From the NCBI GenBank assembly GCA_964581505.1, contig CAZOOR010000002.1, positions 19,700 to 83,699 of the forward strand: 64,000 bases of DNA. The letters run 5' to 3'. This document shows, piece after piece, positions 20,357 through 31,390 of this stretch; the first letter of the stretch is position 1; every line of letters starts with the position of its first letter. The notes beneath the pieces were generated by a model, which did not search any database, was not told the DNA's origin, and was given only the letters and a program-made list of their open reading frames with translations. A program made the translations under genes and the position numbers. The DNA is from an uncultured Hyphomicrobiales bacterium. Its GTDB lineage: Bacteria; Bacteroidota; Ignavibacteria; Kapaibacteriales; UBA2268.

Positions 20357-20661
20357 TTGTTCTCCATCATATTGTGTTTATTCAATTTTTGACGATTGAA
20401 AATAAAATTGATTAAAGGGTAAAAGTATGTAATAGAGTTTCTTTTATTAATGTAACATATAGTATATTGATGTTTTATTGCCTTATTTATTGTTCAATCT
20501 AAACATCCCATATAATTTTAAATCTTTCAAATGATGGATTAAAAAATAAATACGGGAAAAAACACACATTTTGATGTTCACACATTATCAAACATTTTAT
20601 TACTCGCGTAATGATATCACTGCTGTCGCAGGAATCTCATTGGTGTATGGAATACAATAAC

Positions 20662-20693
20662 AAAAAAACGCACCTTAATAGATGCGTTTTTTT
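20662..20693 (-). terminator. Terminator after pgk
   Basis: AAAAAAACGCA/TGCGTTTTTTT inverted repeat 20 nt past the pgk stop. Confidence 0.7.
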
Positions 20694-20713
20694 ATATATA
20701 ATATATGCTGATA

Positions 20714-21904
20714 TTACAATTTTAATGCTGTAATGGCAGGTAGTTCAATACCCTCCAAATACTCCAATGATGCACCGCCACCTGTAGAAACATGGGTTAT
20801 TTTATCATCAAGTCCCATTTGGGTAACAGCGGCAACAGAATCGCCGCCACCGACAACAGTAATAGCCCCATTATTTGTTGCATCAGCCAACGCATTAGCA
20901 ATAGCAAAAGTACCTTTTGCAAAATTCTCCATTTCAAATACACCCATCGGACCATTCCATAGAATTGTCTTTGCTTTTACAATTTCCTTTTTGAATAGTT
21001 CGATAGTTTTTGGTCCAATATCAAGTCCCATCATATCCGAAGGAATTCTATCCACATCAACAACTTTAAAATTTGAATCATTTTTAAATTCATCTGCAAC
21101 GAGAGTATCAACAGGCAAAACAATATTAGTAGCATTATTCTTGGCATCAACCATAATTTTTTTTGCAAGTTCTATCTTTGATTCTTCCAAAATAGACTTA
21201 CCTATTTCATATCCGAGAGCCTTTAGAAATGTGAACATCATACCCCCACCAATAAGGATAGTATCACATTTTGGTATGAGGTTATCAATAACGTCAATTT
21301 TACCTGAAATTTTAGCACCACCCAAAATTGATACAAATGGATTTTTAGGTCTGTGAAGCACAGTATCCAAATATCTAATTTCATTTTCGAGCAATAAACC
21401 GGCAAATTTTCTTTCAAAAAGAGTTGCCACAGCAAAAGTACTGGCATGCGCCCTATGTGCCGTACCGAAAGCATCATTCACATAACAATCCGCAAGTGCG
21501 GCAAGCTGTTTTGCAAACTCAATATCATTCTTTTCTTCTTCCGGATGAAAACGCAAATTTTCAAGAAGGACAATATCACCGGGTTTAGCCGAACTGACGG
21601 CATTAGATGCCACCGGACCTATACAATCATCTGCAAAAATTACATTATAATTTAGTTTGTTCTGCAAATAATCGGCAATAGGTTTTAAAGAATATTTTTC
21701 ATCTCTTTTCCCATTCGGACGCCCAAGATGTGAAATTAAGACAGGGATACCCCCCCTATCTATTATTGCATTAATTGTTGATAGTGCGGATATAATACGA
21801 GTATCATCAGCAACATTGTTATTTTCATCAAGCGGTACGTTGAAGTCCACACGGACTAAAATATGCTCAGCCGGAAACTTACACTCGTCGAGAAATTTAA
21901 ACAT
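20714..21904 (-). CDS. pgk: Phosphoglycerate kinase
   Basis: VRVDFNVP, SHLGRP, LLENLRF, NDAFGTAHRAHAS, WNGPMGVFE, HVSTGGGASLEYLEG. Confidence 0.98.
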   Translation of the reverse strand: MFKFLDECKFPAEHILVRVDFNVPLDENNNVADDTRIISALSTINAIIDRGGIPVLISHLGRPNGKRDEKYSLKPIADYLQNKLNYNVIFADDCIGPVASNAVSSAKPGDIVLLENLRFHPEEEKNDIEFAKQLAALADCYVNDAFGTAHRAHASTFAVATLFERKFAGLLLENEIRYLDTVLHRPKNPFVSILGGAKISGKIDVIDNLIPKCDTILIGGGMMFTFLKALGYEIGKSILEESKIELAKKIMVDAKNNATNIVLPVDTLVADEFKNDSNFKVVDVDRIPSDMMGLDIGPKTIELFKKEIVKAKTILWNGPMGVFEMENFAKGTFAIANALADATNNGAITVVGGGDSVAAVTQMGLDDKITHVSTGGGASLEYLEGIELPAITALKL

Positions 21905-21919
21905 ATTCTTTTACTCGTA

Positions 21920-22924
<1,005 letters not shown>

Positions 22925-23166
22925 TTATATTTTTTCTGGAAAATTCATTTCTAAAAATTTCAAAACGATAGTAAATAAAGTTTGTTTTAATTATTATCAA
23001 ATTTAATGTAGAAAATTACAAATATTAAGAATAGTTAATTTTATTGCCGAAAAATAATATTAAACTTTTGTTATCATTATTTTTCATTTTAAATTGCATA
23101 TTCTTATAATTTAATTTTGAAATAATTATTTGCCTTTATGGCAGTGATATATAGAAAGGGTAAAAA

Positions 23167-24504
23167 ATGGCTTTCATTCCTAATACAGAAGCCGAACAGC
23201 AATTAATGCTGGATAAAATAGGCGTATCTTCAATTGATGATTTGATTGCCGCTATTCCCGAAGAAATAAGACTAAAACAAGCTCTTTATTTACCGGATAG
23301 ACTATCGGAATATGAAGTTACTAAACTTCTGCAAAATTATGCAAATAAAAATGCTACCGTATCAAATCATACGAGCTTTCTTGGTGGCGGTGCTTATGAC
23401 CATTTCATTCCATCAGTTGTAGATATGGTTCTTAGCAGGTCGGAATTTAAAACTGCATATACTCCATATCAAGCGGAAGTCTCGCAGGGAACCCTACAAG
23501 CAATGTATGAATTTCAATCAATGATTTGTGCTATTACCGGAATGGATGTTTCCAATGCTTCCCTGTATGACGGCGGGACATCGCTTGCCGAAGCCTGCCT
23601 AATGGCACAGGCACAAAACAAGCGAACGGAATTTCTTATTGCCGGTACAATTAATCCATATTATCTAAACGTGATTAAAACTCTTACAGCCGGACGAAAT
23701 TTTACTTTTAAGACATTTATCGCAGATGACGGAACTGCGGCTATTGATGATTTACGAAATTCCGTTTCCGAAAAAACTGCGGCTATTATTGTTCAGCATC
23801 CTAATTTCTACGGTACGCTTGAGGAAGTAGAAGAAATTGAGAAAATAATCCATGAAGTCAAAGGCTTATTTATTGTTTCTTCTTGTCCGTTTTCTATGAC
23901 ATTATTCAAAACTCCAAAAGAGTATAATGCAGACATAGTTGTTGGCGAAGGACAGCCTTTAGGTATTCCGCTTAGCTACGGGGGACCATACTTAGGGCTT
24001 TTCGCTACTAAGAGTAAATATGTCAGAAAAATGCCCGGACGTCTTTCCGGTGCTACCGAAGATGCCAACGGTCAAAGATGCTATGTGCTTACTTTGCAGA
24101 CACGCGAACAGCAAATCAAGCGTGAAAAAGCGACATCGAATATATGCACAAATCAAGGTTTGTTTATGCTTGCCGCCACTGTATATATGGAAACAATGGG
24201 CAAAGAAGGAATACGTGAAGTTGCTAAACAATCTTATGATAAAGCCGTTTATCTTGCAAATCAAATTTCGGATATTAATGGATTTTCATTGCTTAACGAT
24301 AAACCTTTTTTCAGAGAATTTTTAGTAAATACACCGGTTGAACCGAGTGTAATTATTGAAGAAGGTATGAAAAGAGGTATATTGGCAGGAATTGACACAA
24401 CACAGTTCGATGGCTATCAAAAAGGTTTGCTAATTGCAGTTACCGAGAAAAGAACAAAAGAAGAACTAGAACAATTAATCGACTTGTTAAAATCATTTGA
24501 ATAA
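23167..24504 (+). CDS. gcvPA: Glycine dehydrogenase (decarboxylating) subunit 1
   Basis: FLGGGAYDHFIP, TAYTPYQAEVSQGTLQ, SNASLYDG, GQPLGIPLSYGGP, LQTREQQIKREKATSNICTNQ; about 445 aa, split-P type. Confidence 0.95.
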   Translation: MAFIPNTEAEQQLMLDKIGVSSIDDLIAAIPEEIRLKQALYLPDRLSEYEVTKLLQNYANKNATVSNHTSFLGGGAYDHFIPSVVDMVLSRSEFKTAYTPYQAEVSQGTLQAMYEFQSMICAITGMDVSNASLYDGGTSLAEACLMAQAQNKRTEFLIAGTINPYYLNVIKTLTAGRNFTFKTFIADDGTAAIDDLRNSVSEKTAAIIVQHPNFYGTLEEVEEIEKIIHEVKGLFIVSSCPFSMTLFKTPKEYNADIVVGEGQPLGIPLSYGGPYLGLFATKSKYVRKMPGRLSGATEDANGQRCYVLTLQTREQQIKREKATSNICTNQGLFMLAATVYMETMGKEGIREVAKQSYDKAVYLANQISDINGFSLLNDKPFFREFLVNTPVEPSVIIEEGMKRGILAGIDTTQFDGYQKGLLIAVTEKRTKEELEQLIDLLKSFE

Positions 24505-24507
24505 AAA

Positions 24508-24825
24508 ATGATAAATGCCGGAAAATACATTGATTTTTTTCGGAAAAAGAAAAAAACAATAATCAAAGTTATAGTTATCTCAATAATTTTGTTTTTTATG
24601 TTTTTTTCAGATTACGGGTTTGTTACAACGAGTAGATTGATTTTTAGAATTAGTGAACTTCAAGAGAATATTTCAAAAGAAGAGAAAAATTCCGATTCGT
24701 TATCCCAAAGACGTAATATATTATTAAATGACAGTAACGAAATCGAACGATTAGCACGTGAACATTTTGGTATGATTAAACCGAAAGAGAATGTGTTTAT
24801 TATAATTAATAATGACAGGAAATAA
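24508..24825 (+). CDS. ftsB: Septum formation initiator family protein (FtsB/DivIC-like)
   Basis: N-terminal TM ending FFSDYG, coiled coil, EIERLAREHFGMIKPKE motif. Confidence 0.8.
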   Translation: MINAGKYIDFFRKKKKTIIKVIVISIILFFMFFSDYGFVTTSRLIFRISELQENISKEEKNSDSLSQRRNILLNDSNEIERLAREHFGMIKPKENVFIIINNDRK

Positions 24826-24905
24826 TTTTATTACAATAAATTTGCTATTATTTCCTTACTCTTAATAATTAAATCAATTCAAGGAAGAATACAAGGAAGA
24901 ATACA

Positions 24906-25835
24906 ATGTATATAGGAATAGATTTAGGCGGAACAAATCTCAAAACAGGCGTTTTGAATGAGAAGGGTGAAATTGTATATCAATACACTCAGGCAACTCG
25001 TGCTAACAAAGGTCTTGAATATGTCCTCAATAATTTAAAACGTATGATATATAATCTATTGGATAAGTATAAAGATGTCCAATCGATTGGTGTTGGAATA
25101 CCTGGAATAATTGATGAAGACGGTACTGTTAAGATTTCTCCGAACCTACCGGAGTGGGTAGATATTCCATTGGGAAAATTTTTGAAGAATATTTTTCCGC
25201 TTCCTTCAATTGTTGATAATGATGCAAATGCTGCTGCCATTGCCGAATTGGAATTAGGCGCGGCACAAGATACAAATAACTTTATTTATGTTACTTTGGG
25301 TACAGGTGCCGGTGGTGCTATCGTTATAAATAAGCAATTATACCGTGGTGAGGGACTTGCCGCAGGCGAGTTCGGACATATTATTATTGATGACGATGCC
25401 CCTATTGATGACGATGCAATTTATCGCACTGGTATTGTTGAAAAATTTGTTGGTAGAAACCATATCACAGACTTTGCTCGTGAATTTTTAAAAGATTATC
25501 CCGATTCACTATTGCATAAATATGCTCGCCCCGACCCATATTTTATTTCCGAAGCATTGAGCAAAGGAGATGAAGCGGCGGAAAAATTATTTACAATTAT
25601 CGGAACAAAACTCGGTATCGGTTTGGCTTCCGCTCTTAATCTTCTTGATATTGGCTTGGTCGTTGTCGGTGGTGGTATTTCGCAGGCACACCCTCATCTG
25701 CTCGATACAGCTGAAAAAGTGCTTAAAGAACGTACACTACCCCCAATAGCCGAAAGGGCTCAAATTAGAAAAGCAAAATTCACAAAAGATGCCGGTATTA
25801 TCGGAGCGGCTCTGCTTGGTAAGAAATATCTTTAA
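24906..25835 (+). CDS. ROK family sugar kinase (glucokinase-like)
   Basis: IGIDLGGTN, GVGIPG, DNDANAAAIAE, TLGTGAGGA, AGEFGH, VVGGGIS. Confidence 0.9.
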   Translation: MYIGIDLGGTNLKTGVLNEKGEIVYQYTQATRANKGLEYVLNNLKRMIYNLLDKYKDVQSIGVGIPGIIDEDGTVKISPNLPEWVDIPLGKFLKNIFPLPSIVDNDANAAAIAELELGAAQDTNNFIYVTLGTGAGGAIVINKQLYRGEGLAAGEFGHIIIDDDAPIDDDAIYRTGIVEKFVGRNHITDFAREFLKDYPDSLLHKYARPDPYFISEALSKGDEAAEKLFTIIGTKLGIGLASALNLLDIGLVVVGGGISQAHPHLLDTAEKVLKERTLPPIAERAQIRKAKFTKDAGIIGAALLGKKYL

Positions 25836-27769
25836 TATTGAATTATCCACTCTGTTTCTTGAGAATGCGAAAAAAGTGTAATCTTTTTCGCATTTTCTCT
25901 TTTACCATAAGCCGAAGAATAATAGTAATTACTAATCAGATATTTATTCTTTCCTGTGATTAAGTTTAATTGAGTATCGGCATTTATTAGAATAATTCTA
26001 TCTTGCTCAGATATTACTTTTACTTTCGGGTGCAAATGGAAGTTTATTTGTTTGTCATCTGATAAAGTACAAACACCTGTACATATAAGTCTATCAATAC
26101 AATGAATTTGTCGTTCGTTAAGACTTATTATTCTCTCCGCTTTATTCCCAAATCCATAATGAATTCCATATAGTTTTGTTGCGGAAGCTTCTATTATACG
26201 TGCTTTTGCCTTTTCAATTAACCAGAATAAATCGTCATTTGAATTTGTCAGGATTAGATTTTGTTCCTTATCCTTAATGGAGATAGTATTATGATATTCC
26301 GTACTACGATATTTATTACGGATAGCAGGTTCAGGTAAATAGCAATATGTTCCCGGGTCAACAAAGAAATCTAGTCCATTTAATCTAAATGTAAATGATA
26401 AAGCATCGTTATGTGCGTGTCCCCCCTTGCCTCTCTGCCCGACATTTCCGCAACGAAATGTAAAGAACATATCTTTATTTTTCCTAATATATATACCACT
26501 ATTAGGGAAATCGTACATTTCCTTACTTATAGTTTTTTTAATATATCGTAAAATATATTTAACAGATAGTTCGCTTGTATTAAGAATATCAGCCGGTTGA
26601 ATCTTTAATAAATATCCGCTATCATTATCACCTATTTGCGATATTCTTCCGTTGTCATCAGCATTTGCAAGAGTGAATCTTATTATACTTTCAAACCATT
26701 TTTTCAACTCGTCCGAGTTCAACAATTCGACATTACAGAGATTTAAAAGACTATTAGAAAGAAATATCGCTTGTGCTGTAAAGAAGTGATAAGGAATTGA
26801 TGCTTCAAAATTTCCGCCGTCTTCATTAAATTGATATAGAATTTCTTGTCTTAATTGACTTAATGCAAAATCGAATCTTTCACTATCTTGAAAATTGTCC
26901 GATAAATATATTTCACAAGCCAGTAAACCAACTATATTGAAAATATAGTGATTTGCTCTCAATCCTTCATTCCATTCCAAATTATCGAATATATACTCCG
27001 AATGCAAGCGAATATAAGAAAAGATAAGATTATCAATATCTTCATCAATTGTAGAAGTATATTTACTCAATACGGAAACAGAAAAAATCAGACTAATAGC
27101 ACGTATAGCAACATCCATTGTAGATTTCCATTGTATCCCGTAACTTGGTGGATTGCAGGCAATGAAATCTATTATCTGGCTCTTTAACTCAATTTCAAAT
27201 TCTTCTTTACCTGCAGTTGCCAAATATGCAAGAGGTATAAAATGCTGAAGTCTCCCCAATTCCCAAGGAATTTTAACATCACTACCGTGCAAATTTTGAT
27301 ACTTCAAATATTCCGATTTTATTGATGAATCCCAAGAATAGCCTGATTTGAAATCGCATTGCCAATTGAGCAGATTATAATCATCGGGCAATAGTCCCAA
27401 TAATTCAGATGCCCTTTCTTGATTAGCCGGATTAATATTTTTCTTTACAAACTCATTTCTATCTATTTGCAGATTATTATCTACTTCACTACTGCCAAGA
27501 AGAGCAAATTTATGCGATAATAAAGGCATACAATACTTTGCCAATTCATCAATAGAATTCTCAATTTCCTCCGGTGCCGGAAGTAAACATACAAACGGCT
27601 TGTAATTCGGTTTGCACGAATTGTCTTTTCCGATTGAACTAAATGTAAATTCATCAGATATATTAATATGTTTCTTTTTCTTTCTAAAAAAAGTAGAACT
27701 CAATTTCCGTAGAACTATTTTCCGCGGAATAGCATTTGCTTTGATAATATTTGTCTTTATTCTATTCAA
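25832..27769 (-). CDS. Heparinase II/III family protein
   Basis: DVKIPWELGRLQH, MDVAIRAIS, NHYIFNIVGL, EASIPYHFF, GGHAHNDALSF, VDPGTYCY, RSTEYHNT. Confidence 0.85.
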   Translation of the reverse strand: MNRIKTNIIKANAIPRKIVLRKLSSTFFRKKKKHINISDEFTFSSIGKDNSCKPNYKPFVCLLPAPEEIENSIDELAKYCMPLLSHKFALLGSSEVDNNLQIDRNEFVKKNINPANQERASELLGLLPDDYNLLNWQCDFKSGYSWDSSIKSEYLKYQNLHGSDVKIPWELGRLQHFIPLAYLATAGKEEFEIELKSQIIDFIACNPPSYGIQWKSTMDVAIRAISLIFSVSVLSKYTSTIDEDIDNLIFSYIRLHSEYIFDNLEWNEGLRANHYIFNIVGLLACEIYLSDNFQDSERFDFALSQLRQEILYQFNEDGGNFEASIPYHFFTAQAIFLSNSLLNLCNVELLNSDELKKWFESIIRFTLANADDNGRISQIGDNDSGYLLKIQPADILNTSELSVKYILRYIKKTISKEMYDFPNSGIYIRKNKDMFFTFRCGNVGQRGKGGHAHNDALSFTFRLNGLDFFVDPGTYCYLPEPAIRNKYRSTEYHNTISIKDKEQNLILTNSNDDLFWLIEKAKARIIEASATKLYGIHYGFGNKAERIISLNERQIHCIDRLICTGVCTLSDDKQINFHLHPKVKVISEQDRIILINADTQLNLITGKNKYLISNYYYSSAYGKRENAKKITLFSHSQETEWIIQY

Positions 27770-27892
27770 TTGTGATTTTCTTTCATATTCTCATAAGAAA
27801 ATTGCAAAAAAACTTCCAACTAATCAAAAATGTTTTAATATTTTTGAGAACATACGTCTGTAATTTTTTATAACGAACTTAACGGTGCAATA

Positions 27893-28078
27893 ATGGAAGT
27901 AAAAAAACTCGAAAGTAAAAATTTTGATGATTATGAAATATTAATCAGAAGAAGAGGCGATAATGACTACGCCTCCTACTGCCCTCAACTTAATTATATG
28001 ATTTCAGGTACAGAACACGAGGAAGTCCTGAAACTAATGCAGGAGCATATTCAGGCGTATATTGGAAAATTAAATTAA
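27893..28078 (+). CDS. Small HicB-like (UPF0150 partial RNase H fold) protein
   Basis: YASYCPQLNYMISGTEHEEVLKLMQEHIQAY matches the HicB N-terminal pattern Y.a..PdL.g..t.G.t.eEa......ai..y; 61 aa, no C-terminal DNA-binding domain. Confidence 0.6.
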   Translation: MEVKKLESKNFDDYEILIRRRGDNDYASYCPQLNYMISGTEHEEVLKLMQEHIQAYIGKLN

Positions 28079-28087
28079 TACTCGGAG

Positions 28088-28972
28088 ATGCCGACATTCA
28101 ATAACATCGCGGTTTCTCTCACCGATTCTTGGTGGAAGAAATCGCTTTTATTTTTATCCATCTTCCTTATCATAGAGAAATCGCTTTTTTTTCTAATATC
28201 TATGTTTTGGATTCCATCTCCTATTGCTGTATCTATAATTATACTTTTTGCCACTCTAATATCATCATTTCTTATTGAGCAATTTCGTCCCAATTCAAAA
28301 TGGTATTATATCGGCTTCTTCTATGACCGGACTATACTCGGCAATTTTTCAACGATTATAATAATATCATTCACATCGTTTATTATTATTTCCCTTGTAT
28401 TAGTTCTATCAGGTTCACTCCCTAAACTCAATCCTAAGTTTGAAATATGGGCTGTGATTATTATGAGTATTCAAATATTCATTATGGCATTTTATGAGGA
28501 ATTGCTGTTCCGAGGAATCATTTTTCAATCAATGTTAGAACGCTTCGGCGAGGTTTTCCCGACAATTGTTATATCGCTGATATTTGCTCTTTTTCATTTA
28601 TTCAATCCCGAGATTTGTTTTATAGCATTTGTCAATCTGTTTTTTGCCGGAATTCTTTTCTCTATTGTTTTTATACAAACACGTTCAATTCTGCTTGTAA
28701 CAATTGTACATTTTTTTTGGAATATTTTTCAAGTAGCACTATTGGGCTGGAATGTCAGCGGAATCCACTATCCTTATGGAATATTTATTTTCCCATCAAT
28801 GGAACTCCCATACTGGCTTAGCGGCGGATATTTCGGATTAGAAGCAACGCCCCTTCTTTCAATTATTTTATTATTCAATATAATATTACTCAATAAATAT
28901 TTAAAAAAATCGCCTTTTATTTCGTCCTTATTAATGAAACGTGAATATCTTAAATACGGAATCAATATATGA
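28088..28972 (+). CDS. CPBP (CAAX/Abi) intramembrane metalloprotease
   Basis: Multiple TM helices; EELLFRG, FALFH, HFFWN motifs; GGYFGLE. Confidence 0.88.
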   Translation: MPTFNNIAVSLTDSWWKKSLLFLSIFLIIEKSLFFLISMFWIPSPIAVSIIILFATLISSFLIEQFRPNSKWYYIGFFYDRTILGNFSTIIIISFTSFIIISLVLVLSGSLPKLNPKFEIWAVIIMSIQIFIMAFYEELLFRGIIFQSMLERFGEVFPTIVISLIFALFHLFNPEICFIAFVNLFFAGILFSIVFIQTRSILLVTIVHFFWNIFQVALLGWNVSGIHYPYGIFIFPSMELPYWLSGGYFGLEATPLLSIILLFNIILLNKYLKKSPFISSLLMKREYLKYGINI

Positions 28973-30120
28973 AAAAAATATTTTTGTTGCTAATATTAAT
29001 AACTTTTACTGTTGCTACAAACTCCCTACTATCCCAGTGGACAATATTGAAAACAGATGCAGACAGTTTGATATTAAAAGGTGCCGACTACGTGTATAAT
29101 TGCCAGTTCGATAACGCACGCGAAACATTTGATAAAGTAATAAAATTATATCCCGATAATCCTGCCGGTTATTTCCTTGATGCTATGGTTGATTGGTGGA
29201 AGATAGCTACATTTCGTAATACGCGGAGCTACGACAAGCAGTTTATGAAAAAAATAAACGGTGTGATTGAGAAGTGCGAACAAATGCTTGAAGAGAATCG
29301 CGGTAATATTGCCGCACTGTTTTTCAAAGGCGGTGCATTGGGATATCGAGCCAGATATTACGTCATACGCAAGAGTTGGTTCAACGCCGCAACTGATGGA
29401 TACAGTGCATTCAAGATACTTAAAAAGTGTTATAGAATTGCTCCGAGCAATCACGATATTATGCTTGGTACGGGTATTTATAATTATTTCGCCGCTGTAC
29501 TACCAGATGAATATCCTGCAATTGCCCCGTTAATTGCATTTGCACCTCCCGGAGATAAGGAACTCGGACTTCTACAACTAAAAGCCGCCGCAAAATATGC
29601 ACGCTACTCAGCAGTCGAAGCAAAGATTGTATTACTACAAGTCTATTATGATTTTAATAAAGATTATAAATCAGCACTACCAATTGCAGAAGAATTGCAC
29701 AAACGCTATCCCAATAACCCTATGTTACATAGATATTACGGACGCGCACTCGTTACACAATGGCATCTAGATGAATTTGAGAAACTTTGGCGAGAGGTAC
29801 TAATCAGATATATTGACAAACAACCCGGCTATGATGTTAAAACTGCACGCGAAGCCCTTTATTACATTGGTTATGCACTCAAATCAAAAAGAAAATTTCC
29901 TATTGCTCTCAAATATTTGAAAAAGTGCAATGAAGCATCAATAAAACTTGATAAAAAACCGAGTGGGTTTATGATACTTGCCAATCTGAAAATTGCAGAT
30001 ATATATTATCTTCAACACAAATACAAGTCTGCTCGGAAATATGCAAAACGTGTTCTTAATTGGGACGATTACAAAGGTTCCCACAAAGCGGCAAAGGAAT
30101 TACTTAGTAAATTGAAGTAG
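28969..30120 (+). CDS. Secreted tetratricopeptide repeat protein
   Basis: Signal peptide; helical repeats (ARETFDKVIKLYPDNPAGYF, EALYYIGYAL, YPNNP); ATGA overlap with upstream gene. Confidence 0.7.
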   Translation: MKKIFLLLILITFTVATNSLLSQWTILKTDADSLILKGADYVYNCQFDNARETFDKVIKLYPDNPAGYFLDAMVDWWKIATFRNTRSYDKQFMKKINGVIEKCEQMLEENRGNIAALFFKGGALGYRARYYVIRKSWFNAATDGYSAFKILKKCYRIAPSNHDIMLGTGIYNYFAAVLPDEYPAIAPLIAFAPPGDKELGLLQLKAAAKYARYSAVEAKIVLLQVYYDFNKDYKSALPIAEELHKRYPNNPMLHRYYGRALVTQWHLDEFEKLWREVLIRYIDKQPGYDVKTAREALYYIGYALKSKRKFPIALKYLKKCNEASIKLDKKPSGFMILANLKIADIYYLQHKYKSARKYAKRVLNWDDYKGSHKAAKELLSKLK

Positions 30121-30162
30121 TTTCATTATCTTTGTAAGGTAATCATTTGCATTTTTTTGAAT

Positions 30163-31377
30163 ATGTATAGATATATTTTTCTATTACTTCTTTATGTTTT
30201 TGCGGCAAATGCGGCTGAACAGCAACAGACAGTAAAACTCGGCATAGACCTTGTAGTGGATAATGACTTTGAAATATTCAGAGGCAAGCGGCTTGCGATA
30301 CTATCCAATAATGCCGGCAGAGCATCAAACAAGAAACTTAGTGCAGAACTTTTTGTCAAATCACAAAAATGTAGAGTAGTCTCAATATTTGCACCCGAAC
30401 ATGGTTTTAAAACCTGGGTGCGGGCAGGTCGGAAAGTAAAAGACGATTCTCTTTTCGGCTTACCTGTGTATTCACTTTATGGCAGAAACCGCCGCCCACA
30501 AAAGCACCAACTCGATAATGTTGATATGGTAATAATCGACTTGCAGGATATAGGTATTCGTTCCTACACATATATCAGCAGTATGTACAATATGCTTGAT
30601 GCTTGTGCAGAGTGGGGAATTCCGGTTATTGTTCTCGACCGCCCTAATCCAATGAGCGGCTTGATTGTGGACGGCAATGTCCCTGACCCCGGAATGCAAT
30701 CATTTGTTAGCATTATTCCCGTTTCCTATATTCACGGTTGCACAATCGGAGAACTTGCTCAAATGATTAATGAAGAAGGTTGGCTACCCAATGACATCTT
30801 TGGCAAGCCACGCAAATGCAACCTCTCTATTATTGCAATGGAAAACTGGCATAGGAATATGGTCTGGGAGGACACGGGAATTCATTGGACACCTACATCG
30901 CCAAATATTCCTACACCTCAATCTGTACGCGGTTGCGCTATGATGGGTATCTTCGGAGAATTAGGACTCTTTCCTATTAGTCTCGGCGTCAAACTTCCTT
31001 TTCAATATTTCGGTAGAATCAAATTCGATAATATTCAACCCATAATAGATTCAATTAACTTTCCGGGCATTGTTCTTGAACCTGTATTTAGAAAATCGAC
31101 AACAGGAATCAGATTGAAGTTTGAATACAGTTTGTCTTTTGCTCCATATACATCAGGCATACGCTTATTTCTTGCTGTAAAAAGATTACAGCCGGAATTA
31201 TTTAATCCTTTAAAAGTTCGTGTATCAAGAAAAAAAATGTTTGCCAAAGTAACAGGCACTAAAAAATTATTCAATGCCCTTTTTAATAATAATACCGAAA
31301 GCAATGTAATACAGATTGCTACAAAGGGATTAGAAGAATATAAAAAACTCCGCCAAAAATATCTAATATACGATTAA
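30163..31377 (+). CDS. namZ: Exo-beta-N-acetylmuramidase NamZ (DUF1343) family
   Basis: VKLGID, FAPEHG, YSLYG, DLQDIGIRSYTY, VLDRPNP, HGCTIGELA, WTPTSPNIP; start placed at ATG 30163 (track uses TTG 30157). Confidence 0.85.
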   Translation: MYRYIFLLLLYVFAANAAEQQQTVKLGIDLVVDNDFEIFRGKRLAILSNNAGRASNKKLSAELFVKSQKCRVVSIFAPEHGFKTWVRAGRKVKDDSLFGLPVYSLYGRNRRPQKHQLDNVDMVIIDLQDIGIRSYTYISSMYNMLDACAEWGIPVIVLDRPNPMSGLIVDGNVPDPGMQSFVSIIPVSYIHGCTIGELAQMINEEGWLPNDIFGKPRKCNLSIIAMENWHRNMVWEDTGIHWTPTSPNIPTPQSVRGCAMMGIFGELGLFPISLGVKLPFQYFGRIKFDNIQPIIDSINFPGIVLEPVFRKSTTGIRLKFEYSLSFAPYTSGIRLFLAVKRLQPELFNPLKVRVSRKKMFAKVTGTKKLFNALFNNNTESNVIQIATKGLEEYKKLRQKYLIYD

Positions 31378-31390
31378 CTGCAAACTAATT

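Noticed and set aside
20600-20660. GC-richer patch (GCTGTCGCAGGAATCTC) after the pgk terminator as REP remnant or riboswitch
   Set aside because: Too short, no convincing stem and no second copy found in the window.
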